From positions 1 through 64,000 of the forward strand of contig JBGTGT010000011.1 in the NCBI GenBank assembly GCA_041746575.1: DNA of 64,000 nucleotides, read 5' to 3'. Source of the DNA: Microcystaceae cyanobacterium. GTDB taxonomy: Bacteria; Cyanobacteriota; Cyanobacteriia; Cyanobacteriales; Microcystaceae. This document shows, piece after piece, positions 10,803-20,575 of this stretch. The number at the start of each line of letters is the position of its first letter. The stretch's first letter is position 1. Under the pieces are notes generated by a model. It saw nothing but the letters and a program-made list of their open reading frames with translations, was not told the DNA's origin and did no database searches. Position numbers and translations under genes: made by a program.

Positions 10803-12089
10803 ATGAAAGCTTTTCGGCTATTCATCAGCTTTTTAATAAGTTTAAGCCTCACTGTTATCGGATTTACCTCATTTTTTTCATCTCCCGTTGCCGCAGAACC
10901 GATTACCTTGTCTATTCTCCTATCGGCTACGGAATTAGCTGAATGGAAACCCATTGCTCAACAATTTGAAGTCACCCATCCCCAGATTCGCTTAAATTTA
11001 GTCGAGGGGCCGAATGCGACGAATCAAGTCGAAGATTTATATACTTATTCCTTTCTTTTAGGCGATTCTCCCTACGATTTAGTGTATATGGATATTGTTT
11101 GGGTGCCTAAGTTAGCGGCGGCAGGCTGGTTGCAAGATTTATCGCCCTATAAAAATAAAGTTGACTTGTCCGCCTATTTGACTAAAAGTGTTGAAGGGGG
11201 CGTATATCAAGACAAATTATACTGGATGCCCTTTCGTTCTGATGCTGGAATTCTCTATTATCGCCCAGACTTACTCAAACAAGCAGGATATACTCCTCCC
11301 CGTACTTTTCAAGCGTTGTTAACCGTTTCAAAAGCCTTACAAGAGGAAGGACTGGTGGAGTGGGGCTATGTTTGGCAAGGAAAGCAATATGAAGGATTAT
11401 CCGCAATGTTTGTTGAAATTTTGGCAGGTTACGGCGCATTTTGGGTAAATCCAGATACACTTGAGGTAGGATTAGATCAACCCAAAGCGATTCAGGCGGT
11501 AGAATTTTTACGTCGTACCCTTGAACAAAAGATTTCGCCACCGGGGGTTACCGCTTATGGTGAAGAAGAAACCCGCTTTTTGTTTCAAAATGGTAAGGTA
11601 GCCTTCCTCCGCAATTGGCCGTATGTGTTCAGCTTAGCATCTACCCCAGATTCCAAGATTAAAGGTAAATTTGCCATGATACCGATGATTCATGCCCCTG
11701 ATGCCTCTAGTGCGGCTTGTCAAGGAGGATGGGGATTGGGCATCGCCCATCGTAGTAAGCATCCGCAGGAAGCATGGGAATTCATTCAATTTATGGTGTC
11801 TGAATCCGTTCAGCGTGATTTTGTCTTAAATACGGGTAAAGTTCCCACTTTGCGTTCCCTATTTACTGATCCTGTTATTGTGGCGCAATATCCTCATTAT
11901 CCGGAACTTTTAACCATTGTGCAACAAGCGACCCTCAGACCTCCTATTCCGCAATATGCCCAAGTCTCAGATATTTTACAACGCTATCTCAGTGCGGCAT
12001 TAACCGATAAAATGACCCCAGAGGCGGCAATGTCGGCGGCGGCAAGAGAAACCCGTTTACTCTTAAGGGTAACTTCCCAACCTCAATAG
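10803..12089 (+). CDS. ABC transporter sugar-binding protein
   Basis: Signal peptide; DLVYMDIVWVP, WQGKQYEGL, FLRNWPY, GGWGLGI motifs. Confidence 0.85.
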   Translation: MKAFRLFISFLISLSLTVIGFTSFFSSPVAAEPITLSILLSATELAEWKPIAQQFEVTHPQIRLNLVEGPNATNQVEDLYTYSFLLGDSPYDLVYMDIVWVPKLAAAGWLQDLSPYKNKVDLSAYLTKSVEGGVYQDKLYWMPFRSDAGILYYRPDLLKQAGYTPPRTFQALLTVSKALQEEGLVEWGYVWQGKQYEGLSAMFVEILAGYGAFWVNPDTLEVGLDQPKAIQAVEFLRRTLEQKISPPGVTAYGEEETRFLFQNGKVAFLRNWPYVFSLASTPDSKIKGKFAMIPMIHAPDASSAACQGGWGLGIAHRSKHPQEAWEFIQFMVSESVQRDFVLNTGKVPTLRSLFTDPVIVAQYPHYPELLTIVQQATLRPPIPQYAQVSDILQRYLSAALTDKMTPEAAMSAAARETRLLLRVTSQPQ

Positions 12090-12235
12090 ATCTTTATTTT
12101 AATCGACGGTTAAATCAATTTGACCCTAGAAACCGTCAATTTCTTCTATGATTCTCGATTCTTCGACTTCTGCAAAAATCTAATACGGAGTGCTATATTA
12201 GTAAGGAAACGTTTGTTGAGCAAAAAGGTGATCCC

Positions 12236-13384
12236 TTGACAACTAAAGTTTTAACGACCCATCTAACGACCATTTTACCGATTGCCCCTCGTCAAGTGAT
12301 TAAAGGAGAAGGATGTTTAAGTCAATCGGGGGAATTAATCGCCCGTTTTGGCCAATATCCTTTAGTGGTGGCGGGAAAACAAACTCTAACGCTGATTCGT
12401 CCTCATCTTCAGCAAGCTTTAGAAAAATATGATTTGACGCTTTCAGAAGCCTTCTATGCACCAGATTGTGCTGAAAGTTCCTTGAAACGCCTCAAAAAGA
12501 CGGTTAAAGACCAAAATATTGACTTCATTATCGGAGTCGGTGGTGGCAAAGCACTTGATACCGCCAAACTATTAGCCAGTCAGTGCCAGATGCCTATCGT
12601 TACGATTCCCACCTCTGGCGCAACCTGTGCGGCGTGGACGGCACTTTCTAATATTTATAGCGAGCAGGGTACTTTTCAATACGACGTTTCCCTCGCTCAT
12701 TGTCCTGATTTGTTAATTTTGGACTACTATATTGTTAAAACAGCCCCTAAACGCACCTTACGGGCAGGGATTGGTGATGCGATCGCTAAATGGTACGAAG
12801 CATCTGTTAGCAGTGGCACCTCCCAAGCAACCCTCACCATTGCGGCAGTCCAAATGGCGCGCATTCTACGGGATATTTTACTCCAAAAGTCGGCGGCTGC
12901 CCTCGAAAACGTTAATAGCGAGGCATGGCAAGAAGTCGTTGATGCCACGGTGTTACTGGCGGGAGGAATTGGGGGATTAGGGGGAGCAAATTGTCGCACG
13001 GTGGCTGCCCACGCAGTACACAACGGACTCACTCATCTTGAGGAAAGCCACGCGACCTTGCATGGAGAAAAGGTTGCTTATGGAATTCTCGTTCAGTTGC
13101 GCCTAGAGGAGATGATTCAACAAAATCAGCTTGCTTTTTCGGCCAGACAGCAATTGCTTTCTTTCTATAAAGAGATTGGTTTGCCCAAAACCTTAGAAGA
13201 TTTAGGCTTAAAAGACCTGAGTTTAGCTCAATTACGCCAGATTGCTGATGTTGTCTGTCAACCTCAATCGGATATTCATCGTCTCCCTTTCCCCGTCTCT
13301 GCTGAATTGTTAGTGGCGGCAATGGTTTCTACCACCCATCAACTTCCCACAAACAGAGCAAGAGAGGTTGAATTACCGAGTTAA
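12236..13384 (+). CDS. Iron-containing alcohol dehydrogenase / glycerol dehydrogenase family
   Basis: GVGGGKALDTAK, AGIGDAIAKWYEA, AHAVHNGLT, HGEKVAYG. Confidence 0.88.
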   Translation: MTTKVLTTHLTTILPIAPRQVIKGEGCLSQSGELIARFGQYPLVVAGKQTLTLIRPHLQQALEKYDLTLSEAFYAPDCAESSLKRLKKTVKDQNIDFIIGVGGGKALDTAKLLASQCQMPIVTIPTSGATCAAWTALSNIYSEQGTFQYDVSLAHCPDLLILDYYIVKTAPKRTLRAGIGDAIAKWYEASVSSGTSQATLTIAAVQMARILRDILLQKSAAALENVNSEAWQEVVDATVLLAGGIGGLGGANCRTVAAHAVHNGLTHLEESHATLHGEKVAYGILVQLRLEEMIQQNQLAFSARQQLLSFYKEIGLPKTLEDLGLKDLSLAQLRQIADVVCQPQSDIHRLPFPVSAELLVAAMVSTTHQLPTNRAREVELPS

Positions 13385-13385
13385 T

Positions 13386-13619
13386 CTAATCATTCCATTC
13401 CCCTCTGGGAGGAACAGGCGGATTTCGTTTAAAATTGCGCGTCAAATCGTCATCTCTATCCCGTTCACCACTCAACCACTGTTTAATCGCCGTTTCAATG
13501 ATGCGACTCGGATCATTTGTCAAATGTTTCAGTTGTTCAAGAACTTCAGAATCCAAATGAATAGAGATTTCGATTTTATCTGCCATGCGTTGACTAGAAA
13601 CCAGCGGATCACTCATCAT
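13386..13619 (-). CDS. Small conserved hypothetical protein (ribbon-helix-helix-like N-terminus)
   Basis: 77-aa ORF with RBS-like GGAG upstream; ISIHLDSEVLEQLKHL...SRIIETAIKQWL pattern. Confidence 0.6.
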   Translation of the reverse strand: MMSDPLVSSQRMADKIEISIHLDSEVLEQLKHLTNDPSRIIETAIKQWLSGERDRDDDLTRNFKRNPPVPPRGEWND

Positions 13620-13912
13620 ATTGCCCTCCTTAATTGATATCTTCTATTGTACTTGATAGCGAGTGGTGATCAGGATTTTGATGGAAAAAACGCATGATTT
13701 CCAAGATAATTTGTCATCCTTACGCCCCTCTAGGATACAATTAAACTTAATCGCTAGCGGGTGGCGACAACTTTAAGGGATTAAGCTTTAAAACCAAACT
13801 CAAACTTCAACCCCTCACCCATCATGCTGATGTCCCCCTTCATGCTTATAATTGGGAAAAGCGATCGCCTTTATCAACACTATCAAATATTTAAACAATA
13901 GGCAGTTAATCT

Positions 13913-14419
13913 ATGAAATATTGTCTTCGATTGATCTTTATTCTTTTGACTTGGGTTCTTTTATTTTCTCCTCTATCTGCCTATGCCGCAAGTTCATCGG
14001 CGGTAACGGGCGCAGGTGCAACCTTTGAAGATAAAGTTTTAGAAGGGCAGGACTTTTCGGGTAAAAATCTCCAAACAGCACAATTTACCAATGTTGATCT
14101 TACTAAAACTAATTTCCAAGAAGCAGACTTAAGAGGGGCTGTTTTTAACGGTTCTTTAATTGCTAAGGCTAACTTTAAAGGGGCAGATTTAACCAACGGC
14201 TTAGCTTATTTAAGTCGCTTTGATGCAACTGATCTCAGTGATGCTATCCTCGCTGAAGCTATTATGTTACGCACGACGTTTAATAATGTCAATATTACGG
14301 GAGCTGACTTTAGTTTAGCGGTTTTAGATGGGGAACAAATTACTAAGCTGTGTGAAGTGGCTGATGGCATTAATTCTAAAACAGGGGTAAGTACTCGCGA
14401 ATCATTAGGATGTCTCTAA
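13913..14419 (+). CDS. Pentapeptide-repeat protein, exported or lumenal
   Basis: Signal peptide; A(D/N)LXX/F repeats; C-terminal LC...TRESLGC. Confidence 0.9.
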   Translation: MKYCLRLIFILLTWVLLFSPLSAYAASSSAVTGAGATFEDKVLEGQDFSGKNLQTAQFTNVDLTKTNFQEADLRGAVFNGSLIAKANFKGADLTNGLAYLSRFDATDLSDAILAEAIMLRTTFNNVNITGADFSLAVLDGEQITKLCEVADGINSKTGVSTRESLGCL

Positions 14420-14568
14420 AATCGGTTTGAGTTTAGTGGATCTCAGCGGGGAGTTAAGATCACTTATGGGTTGATTATCCTTATGTTGCCCCCCTTTCAA
14501 AAAACTTAGGACTGTCTTATGGATTAATTTGGGATGAATCCCTTTAAAGTTGATTGATGGTATCAAAG

Positions 14569-15714
14569 ATGAATTTTCGACGAATTGGCGTGATTGGCGG
14601 CGGACAACTGGCAGGGATGATGGCACAGGAAGCCAAAGGATTAGGACTTGAGTTAATTGTACAAACCCCTAATTCTGAGGATGTAGCCGCTTCGCTAGCT
14701 TCTCAGGTCATTTTAGCGGAAATTAATGATGTTTCGGCAACGGCAAAGTTATCCCAATGCTGTGATGTCATTACGTTTGAGAATGAATTTATTGATTTAG
14801 ACGGTTTACAAGCGTTAGCTCGTCAAGGAGTCTGTTTTCGTCCTGCTTTATCAGCTTTATCTCTCTTATTGGATAAATACGACCAAAGAGGTTATTTAGA
14901 GAAAATTGGCTTACCTACTCCTGCTTTTCGGCTTCTTGAGTCATTTTCTGCAGAAGAATTGGAAAAAATTGCTTATCCCTTCGTCCTGAAAGCCCGTCGT
15001 CATGGATACGATGGTTATGGCACATTTATCGTTAAAAGTCAAGAGCAATTAAAAGAAATTTTCCAAAAAATCCCGATTGAATCCTTAATGTGGGAAGAAT
15101 TTGTCAATTTTAAACAAGAGTTAGCGATGATGGTTGCCCGCAGTGTAACCGGTAAAACGGTGGTTTATCCTGTTGTCGAAACTCATCAAAAAAATCAAGT
15201 TTGTCATTGGGTAATGATTCCAGCCAATTTATCCGCCGATTTATGGCAAGAAATAGAAAACATAGCCATTTACTTAGTTAATAAGCTAGAAATTATTGGT
15301 ATTTTGGGTATTGAGCTTTTTTTGACGCAAGATAACCGAATTTTAGTTAATGAAATTGCCCCTCGCACTCACAACTCCGGCCACTATACCCTCGATGCGT
15401 GCAAAACCTCTCAATTTGCCATGCAATTACAAGCCGTCGCAGGATTAGACTTAGGAAGTCCTCAATTAACAGTAAAAGGGGCAGTTATGGTCAATTTATT
15501 AGGTTTTGAGTCCTCTGATTCTGACTATTCCGCCAAACGTCAGCAACTGAATCAAATTCCTCACAGTTTCCTCCATTGGTATGATAAAACAGAATCCCGT
15601 CCGGGGCGTAAATTAGGACATATTACGGTCTTAATAGATAATAATGAGCATTTCCAAACAAAAGCGCAAACAATCGTCCAATTAATTGAGGAAATTTGGT
15701 ATTCAGCATATTAG
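14569..15714 (+). CDS. purK: N5-carboxyaminoimidazole ribonucleotide synthase
   Basis: GVIGGGQLA, ITFENE, GYDGYG, NEIAPRTHNSGH, RPGRKLGH; start could be 14554, 14557 or 14569. Confidence 0.93.
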   Translation: MNFRRIGVIGGGQLAGMMAQEAKGLGLELIVQTPNSEDVAASLASQVILAEINDVSATAKLSQCCDVITFENEFIDLDGLQALARQGVCFRPALSALSLLLDKYDQRGYLEKIGLPTPAFRLLESFSAEELEKIAYPFVLKARRHGYDGYGTFIVKSQEQLKEIFQKIPIESLMWEEFVNFKQELAMMVARSVTGKTVVYPVVETHQKNQVCHWVMIPANLSADLWQEIENIAIYLVNKLEIIGILGIELFLTQDNRILVNEIAPRTHNSGHYTLDACKTSQFAMQLQAVAGLDLGSPQLTVKGAVMVNLLGFESSDSDYSAKRQQLNQIPHSFLHWYDKTESRPGRKLGHITVLIDNNEHFQTKAQTIVQLIEEIWYSAY

Positions 15715-15740
15715 GAATTGACCATCTCGTTTTTGCTTAA

Positions 15741-16673
15741 TCAAGAGTTAGACAAACTCGAATCGCTTCCCTCGAACTTATTGCCAAAAATTGCAATTCC
15801 AACGCCAAATAATAGAATAATTCCCCCCATAACCACTTGAAGAGAGGGAATTTCTTGAAAAATCAAAACCCCCAATAGACTAGCTCCCACCGGTTCACAT
15901 AAAATCACCAAAGAAACTAAAGTGGCAGACATCTGCGTCATTGCCCAGTTAAAAACCGTATGACCAAGCAATTGCGGAAAAATCGCCATTAAAAAGATAT
16001 AAAGATAAATCGGTAACGAATATCCCCCATAATGAATCCCCCATAAAGGGGGTAACGGCAATAAAATCAACGTCGCCACCCCGTAAGCGATAATAATATA
16101 CTGACGAATACTAAGACCTTGACGCTGTGCCTCTCTGCCTAATAAAAGATAACCGCTTACTGTAATTGCCCCTATTAACGCCAAAAAATCACCAAAAAGA
16201 GGATTACTACCCTGATTGCCAGTCAAGTCGCCCAAAGCAATCAATATTCCTCCTCCTAACGCTATTACCATTCCCCCCATTGTCTGCCATGATAACTTTT
16301 CTCGCCAAATTAACCAACCCAATAGGGAAACCCAAATCGGATTCGTTGTCACAATTACCGTAGAGGCGGCAATGGAAGTAAAAGATAAAGAGGTAATCCA
16401 AAATGAAAAATGAAGTGAAAGGGTAATTCCTGCTAAAATCGCCCATAAATAAGCCCATAAAGACGCATTAACCCCTTTAAACTTGTGCCACGTCGGAATT
16501 AAGAGAACAGAAGCGATCGCTAACCGAGAAGCCGCTAAAAAAAGACTAAAGCCTAATCCTTGATTGCCGACGATATCTAGAGCTAAACGAACCCAAATGG
16601 CTGAGGTTGAAATTGCGAGGATTCCCATGCCTAAAATAACAAAAATTTGCCAAAATTGAAGAGATTGTTGCAA
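15741..16673 (-). CDS. DMT/EamA family transporter
   Basis: About 10 TM helices in two EamA repeats; HFSFWITSLSFTSIA, PQLLGHT, EPVGA. Confidence 0.85.
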   Translation of the reverse strand: MQQSLQFWQIFVILGMGILAISTSAIWVRLALDIVGNQGLGFSLFLAASRLAIASVLLIPTWHKFKGVNASLWAYLWAILAGITLSLHFSFWITSLSFTSIAASTVIVTTNPIWVSLLGWLIWREKLSWQTMGGMVIALGGGILIALGDLTGNQGSNPLFGDFLALIGAITVSGYLLLGREAQRQGLSIRQYIIIAYGVATLILLPLPPLWGIHYGGYSLPIYLYIFLMAIFPQLLGHTVFNWAMTQMSATLVSLVILCEPVGASLLGVLIFQEIPSLQVVMGGIILLFGVGIAIFGNKFEGSDSSLSNS

Positions 16674-16763
16674 TGTTTAAATCCTTGCGCTTGAGACTTC
16701 ATTATTCCTAATTTACCAAAACTTGCTAAAATTAGACCGATTATTCTCATTTCATCATGACCC

Positions 16764-18032
16764 TTGCTAAGTGATACCCCCCATCTTCTTCAACAGATTA
16801 GACTACTTGATCCGCTACAAGAAATAGACCGAATAGCGGATATTTTAATCTTTAACGATAAAATACAAGAAATAAAACCTAATTTAGCTAATTTCGTTGA
16901 TAATATTCCCGTTATTGACGCTAAATCTTTAATTCTAGCTCCCGGATTAGTGGATCTGTATAGTCATAGTGGTGAACCCGGTTACGAAGAAAGGGAAACC
17001 TTAAGCAGTCTCATCAATTCAGCAAAATCAGGCGGATTCACGCGTATTAATATTTTACCCACGACTGAACCGAAAGCAGACCAAGCAGCTACTTTACTCG
17101 GATTACAGCAACGCATTCCTCCTTATTCCCCTGTCTCTGTTCACTTTTGGGGAACCTTAACCCGTCAAGCGAAAGGCGAAAAAATGAGCGAATTGGCAGA
17201 ATTAGCCGCCACAGATATTATTGGCTTTACAGACAATCAAACTTTTGAAAATTTAGACCTTTTACGCCGTTTATTAGAATATATAAAACCTTTAAACGTT
17301 CCTATCGCTCTCACTCCTCTTAATCGTCAACTGCAAGGAAATGGCGTCATGCGGGAAGGAGAAGCCTCGATTTTGTACGGATTGACGGGTGATCCTGCCA
17401 TTTCAGAAACCGCCGCTTTAACGTCTATTTTAACCCTAGTAGAAGCGACAGAAACTCCTGTTCATTTCATGCGAATTTCTACCCATCGAAGCGTTGAATT
17501 GATTGCCGATGCCAAAAAACGAGGACTGCCAGTTACCGCTAGTGTGACTTGGTTGCATCTCTGGGGCAATAGCTTAGATTTAGCTGAATATAACCCTAAT
17601 TGGCGATTAAATCCCCCTTTAGGCAATATTGAAGACCAAGCCGCCTTAATTGAGGGTGTTAAAAAGGGTGTTATTGATGCGATCGCCGTTGATCATACCC
17701 CCTATACTTATGAAGAGAAAACGGTTGCTTTTGCGGATGCGCCTGCGGGAGCGATTGGCTTTCAACTGGTTTTACCGTTATTATGGGAAAAATTTGTAAA
17801 ATCAGGTCAATGGTTGCCTTTAACGCTCTGGAAAGCCCTAAGCACTCATCCGTGTTTGTGTTTAAATCAACCGCCCATTACTTGTGATTTGGGTCAAAAT
17901 GAGTTTATTCTATTTGATTCAGAGCAAAAATGGTTTTTGAATTCTCAAACCTCTCATTCCCTTTCCCAGAATACTGTTTGGTGGAATAGAGAAATCACAG
18001 GACGAGTTATTTCAGTCAACAGTAATCAGTAA
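16764..18032 (+). CDS. Dihydroorotase-like amidohydrolase (probably inactive PyrC'-type)
   Basis: PGLVDLYSHSGEPG, GGFT, NPPLG, AVDHTP; first metal-ligand His replaced. Confidence 0.8.
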   Translation: MLSDTPHLLQQIRLLDPLQEIDRIADILIFNDKIQEIKPNLANFVDNIPVIDAKSLILAPGLVDLYSHSGEPGYEERETLSSLINSAKSGGFTRINILPTTEPKADQAATLLGLQQRIPPYSPVSVHFWGTLTRQAKGEKMSELAELAATDIIGFTDNQTFENLDLLRRLLEYIKPLNVPIALTPLNRQLQGNGVMREGEASILYGLTGDPAISETAALTSILTLVEATETPVHFMRISTHRSVELIADAKKRGLPVTASVTWLHLWGNSLDLAEYNPNWRLNPPLGNIEDQAALIEGVKKGVIDAIAVDHTPYTYEEKTVAFADAPAGAIGFQLVLPLLWEKFVKSGQWLPLTLWKALSTHPCLCLNQPPITCDLGQNEFILFDSEQKWFLNSQTSHSLSQNTVWWNREITGRVISVNSNQ

Positions 18033-18204
18033 CCTAATATCAGTTTGTAGAGGTGCAAGTCTACCTATCAGAAAAGTAAACAGCTTAATATCAAGCAATT
18101 ATTCTTGCTTTTTGACAAATTTCGTCAAAATTATTAATGATAGAATCTGTCCCCAATTGGGAATAATGGTAAATAGACTGTCTTTATATTGAGGAATTAA
18201 GATT

Positions 18205-18456
18205 ATGCCCCGTAAAGCAGATGAATTTGCTGTACATATTTTTCTGGACAGTGGACATTGCGAAGAAGTTCGTTTTAATAGCATTCAAGACTTTCAAAAA
18301 TGGTATAGTATGGATGTTGTCTCTAAAGCAGAATCAAGGGATTTTATCAATGTTCCTATCCGTAATATTCAAGGAGAATATATGGTGGTTCGTCCTTCTA
18401 GTATCGTTGCTATTCGGGTTGAACCCGTTTTCTTCGGTAGTGTTGAAAGAGAATAA
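18205..18456 (+). CDS. Small conserved cyanobacterial hypothetical protein
   Basis: 83-aa ORF with GAGG RBS; protein-like composition (FINVPIRNIQGEYMVVRPS). Confidence 0.7.
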   Translation: MPRKADEFAVHIFLDSGHCEEVRFNSIQDFQKWYSMDVVSKAESRDFINVPIRNIQGEYMVVRPSSIVAIRVEPVFFGSVERE

Positions 18457-18612
18457 TTTGCCATTAGCTGACAAGTTTTTAAAAGGAAACAGTTTAGGAT
18501 AATACGACGTTTCTCTTTGTTCTTAATCGTGGCAATGTAAATTCGAGCAACCAGTCGGAGCGAATCGATTTACAATGTTAAGAGCTTATCCTGTAGTCCT
18601 TTAACATCAGCA

Positions 18613-19599
18613 ATGGATATCAAAGACGGTTTCATCGGAACAGTAGGAAACACCCCCCTAATTCGCCTTAATAGCTTCAGTGAAGAGACAGGATGCGAGA
18701 TTTTAGGGAAAGCTGAATTTCTCAACCCCGGTGGCTCCGTTAAAGATCGTGCGGCTTTGTCTATCATTGAAGAGGCAGAAGCGAAAGGCTTGCTCAAACA
18801 GGGTGGGACAGTGGTAGAAGGAACGGCGGGTAATACGGGGATTGGTTTAGCTCATATCTGCAATGCAAAAGGCTACAAATGTTTAATTATTATCCCTGAT
18901 ACCCAATCTCAAGAGAAAATAGATTTATTACGAACCTTAGGGGCAGAAGTTCGCACAGTTCCGGCTGTTCCCTACAAAGATCCGAACAATTACGTCAAAT
19001 TATCGGGTCGGGTTGCTCAAGAAATGGATAATGCAATTTGGGCAAATCAATTTGATAATTTGGCCAATCGTCGCGCCCATTATGAAACCACTGCGTCCGA
19101 AATTTGGCAACAAACGGAGGGAAAAATTGACGCATGGGTGTCTGCCACGGGGACAGGCGGAACTTATGCAGGAGCAACCTTATTTTTTAAGGAGAAAAAC
19201 TCTAATATTCAGTGTATTGTCGCTGATCCGATGGGTAGCGGTTTGTACAGTTACGTCAAGACGGGAGAAATTAACATCGAAGGCAATTCTATTACCGAAG
19301 GCATTGGCAACAGTCGCATTACGGCGAATATGCAGGATGTCCCCATTGATGACGCTATTCAAGTTGATGATACGGAAGCCTTGCTTGTGATTTATCAGTT
19401 ATTGGCCAAAGAAGGGCTATTTATGGGCGGATCTGTCGGAATTAATGTGGGTGCTACTGTCGCATTAGCCAAGCAAATGGGACCCGGTCATACCCTTGTC
19501 ACCGTTCTTTGTGATGGGGGCGCAAGATACCAATCTCGATTGTACAATGCGGAATGGTTAGCCAGTAAAGGATTAACGATGCCTTCAATAAACCGTTAA
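18613..19599 (+). CDS. cysK: Cysteine synthase (O-acetylserine sulfhydrylase family)
   Basis: KAEFLNPGGSVKDR PLP lysine, TAGNTG, GTGGT. Confidence 0.88.
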   Translation: MDIKDGFIGTVGNTPLIRLNSFSEETGCEILGKAEFLNPGGSVKDRAALSIIEEAEAKGLLKQGGTVVEGTAGNTGIGLAHICNAKGYKCLIIIPDTQSQEKIDLLRTLGAEVRTVPAVPYKDPNNYVKLSGRVAQEMDNAIWANQFDNLANRRAHYETTASEIWQQTEGKIDAWVSATGTGGTYAGATLFFKEKNSNIQCIVADPMGSGLYSYVKTGEINIEGNSITEGIGNSRITANMQDVPIDDAIQVDDTEALLVIYQLLAKEGLFMGGSVGINVGATVALAKQMGPGHTLVTVLCDGGARYQSRLYNAEWLASKGLTMPSINR

Positions 19600-19624
19600 G
19601 AATTAGGTTATCAGCCCAACCCCT

Positions 19625-20506
19625 TTACCCTAAATTTTGACGAGGATTAAAGCTTTCTAATCCCCGTATTTTACGATAAAGTTCAACCTCTTCTTCGGTT
19701 GGATTAGGAGGGATCACAATCATAATCTCCACTAATTGGTCACCTCTGCCGCCATTTCCGTCAGGATAACCTTTATTCGCTAATCTTAAGCGTTGTCCCC
19801 CTTTGACTCCTGATGGAACGGTCATTTTGACTAAGCCGTCGATGGTGGGAATTTCCACTGCTCCCCCCACAATCGCCTCACTGGGAGTCAGAGGAATGCG
19901 ACAAAAGAGATCCTTATCTTGCAATTGAAAGAAAGGATGGGAAGAAACGGTGATCTTGAGGTAAAGGTCGCCGCCATCAATGCCTTGTCCTTTTAAACGG
20001 ATTTTTTGTCCATCCCTCATGCCCGGACGCATATCCACTTCCAGCGATCGCCCATCTTCTAGGCGAATCCGTTCTCTACCGCCCCGATAGGCTTTTTCGA
20101 GGGGTAGGGTTAATTTGGCTTCGACATCTCGACGAGTGAGGGTAGGAATCCGTGTTTTTTTGGTGGTGCCGGGCGCGAAATCTTGAAATTTCCACGTTTC
20201 AGGGGTTGGACGCGTTTTTTGATTAGAACCATTATTACTACTACTGCGAGGAATGCGCTCTTTGATCCGAGGGTTAAACCGTTTTGATTTGCCAAAAAAG
20301 CGTTGATCAAATTCCAGACGTTTACTTTCGTCTGATAAGGTATCGTATGCTTCGTTAATATCTTTAAATTTTTCTTCTGCGTCCTCATTCCCCGGATTAA
20401 CATCAGGATGGTACTTTCTAGCGAGTCGCCGAAAGCTTTTTTTGATCTCCTCGTTGGTTGCGTCTTTTGAAACTCCCAATATTTCGTAATAATTGCGAAG
20501 CTGCAT
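19625..20506 (-). CDS. dnaJ: DnaJ co-chaperone without Zn finger, partner of DnaK3
   Basis: J domain with HPD; C-terminal DnaJ domain; no CxxCxGxG repeats; directly after dnaK3. Confidence 0.88.
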   Translation of the reverse strand: MQLRNYYEILGVSKDATNEEIKKSFRRLARKYHPDVNPGNEDAEEKFKDINEAYDTLSDESKRLEFDQRFFGKSKRFNPRIKERIPRSSSNNGSNQKTRPTPETWKFQDFAPGTTKKTRIPTLTRRDVEAKLTLPLEKAYRGGRERIRLEDGRSLEVDMRPGMRDGQKIRLKGQGIDGGDLYLKITVSSHPFFQLQDKDLFCRIPLTPSEAIVGGAVEIPTIDGLVKMTVPSGVKGGQRLRLANKGYPDGNGGRGDQLVEIMIVIPPNPTEEEVELYRKIRGLESFNPRQNLG

Positions 20507-20575
20507 TTTAAGTTTCAGGGGTTAGGTTTTTAGTATTTTTAATAACTGATAACACTGTTTACTATTCACTGTTTT

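Noticed and set aside
13640..14560. Possible 6S RNA or sRNA near purK
   Set aside because: 6S RNA often lies next to purK in cyanobacteria, but I found no matching sequence or long stem, only a small hairpin near 13750.
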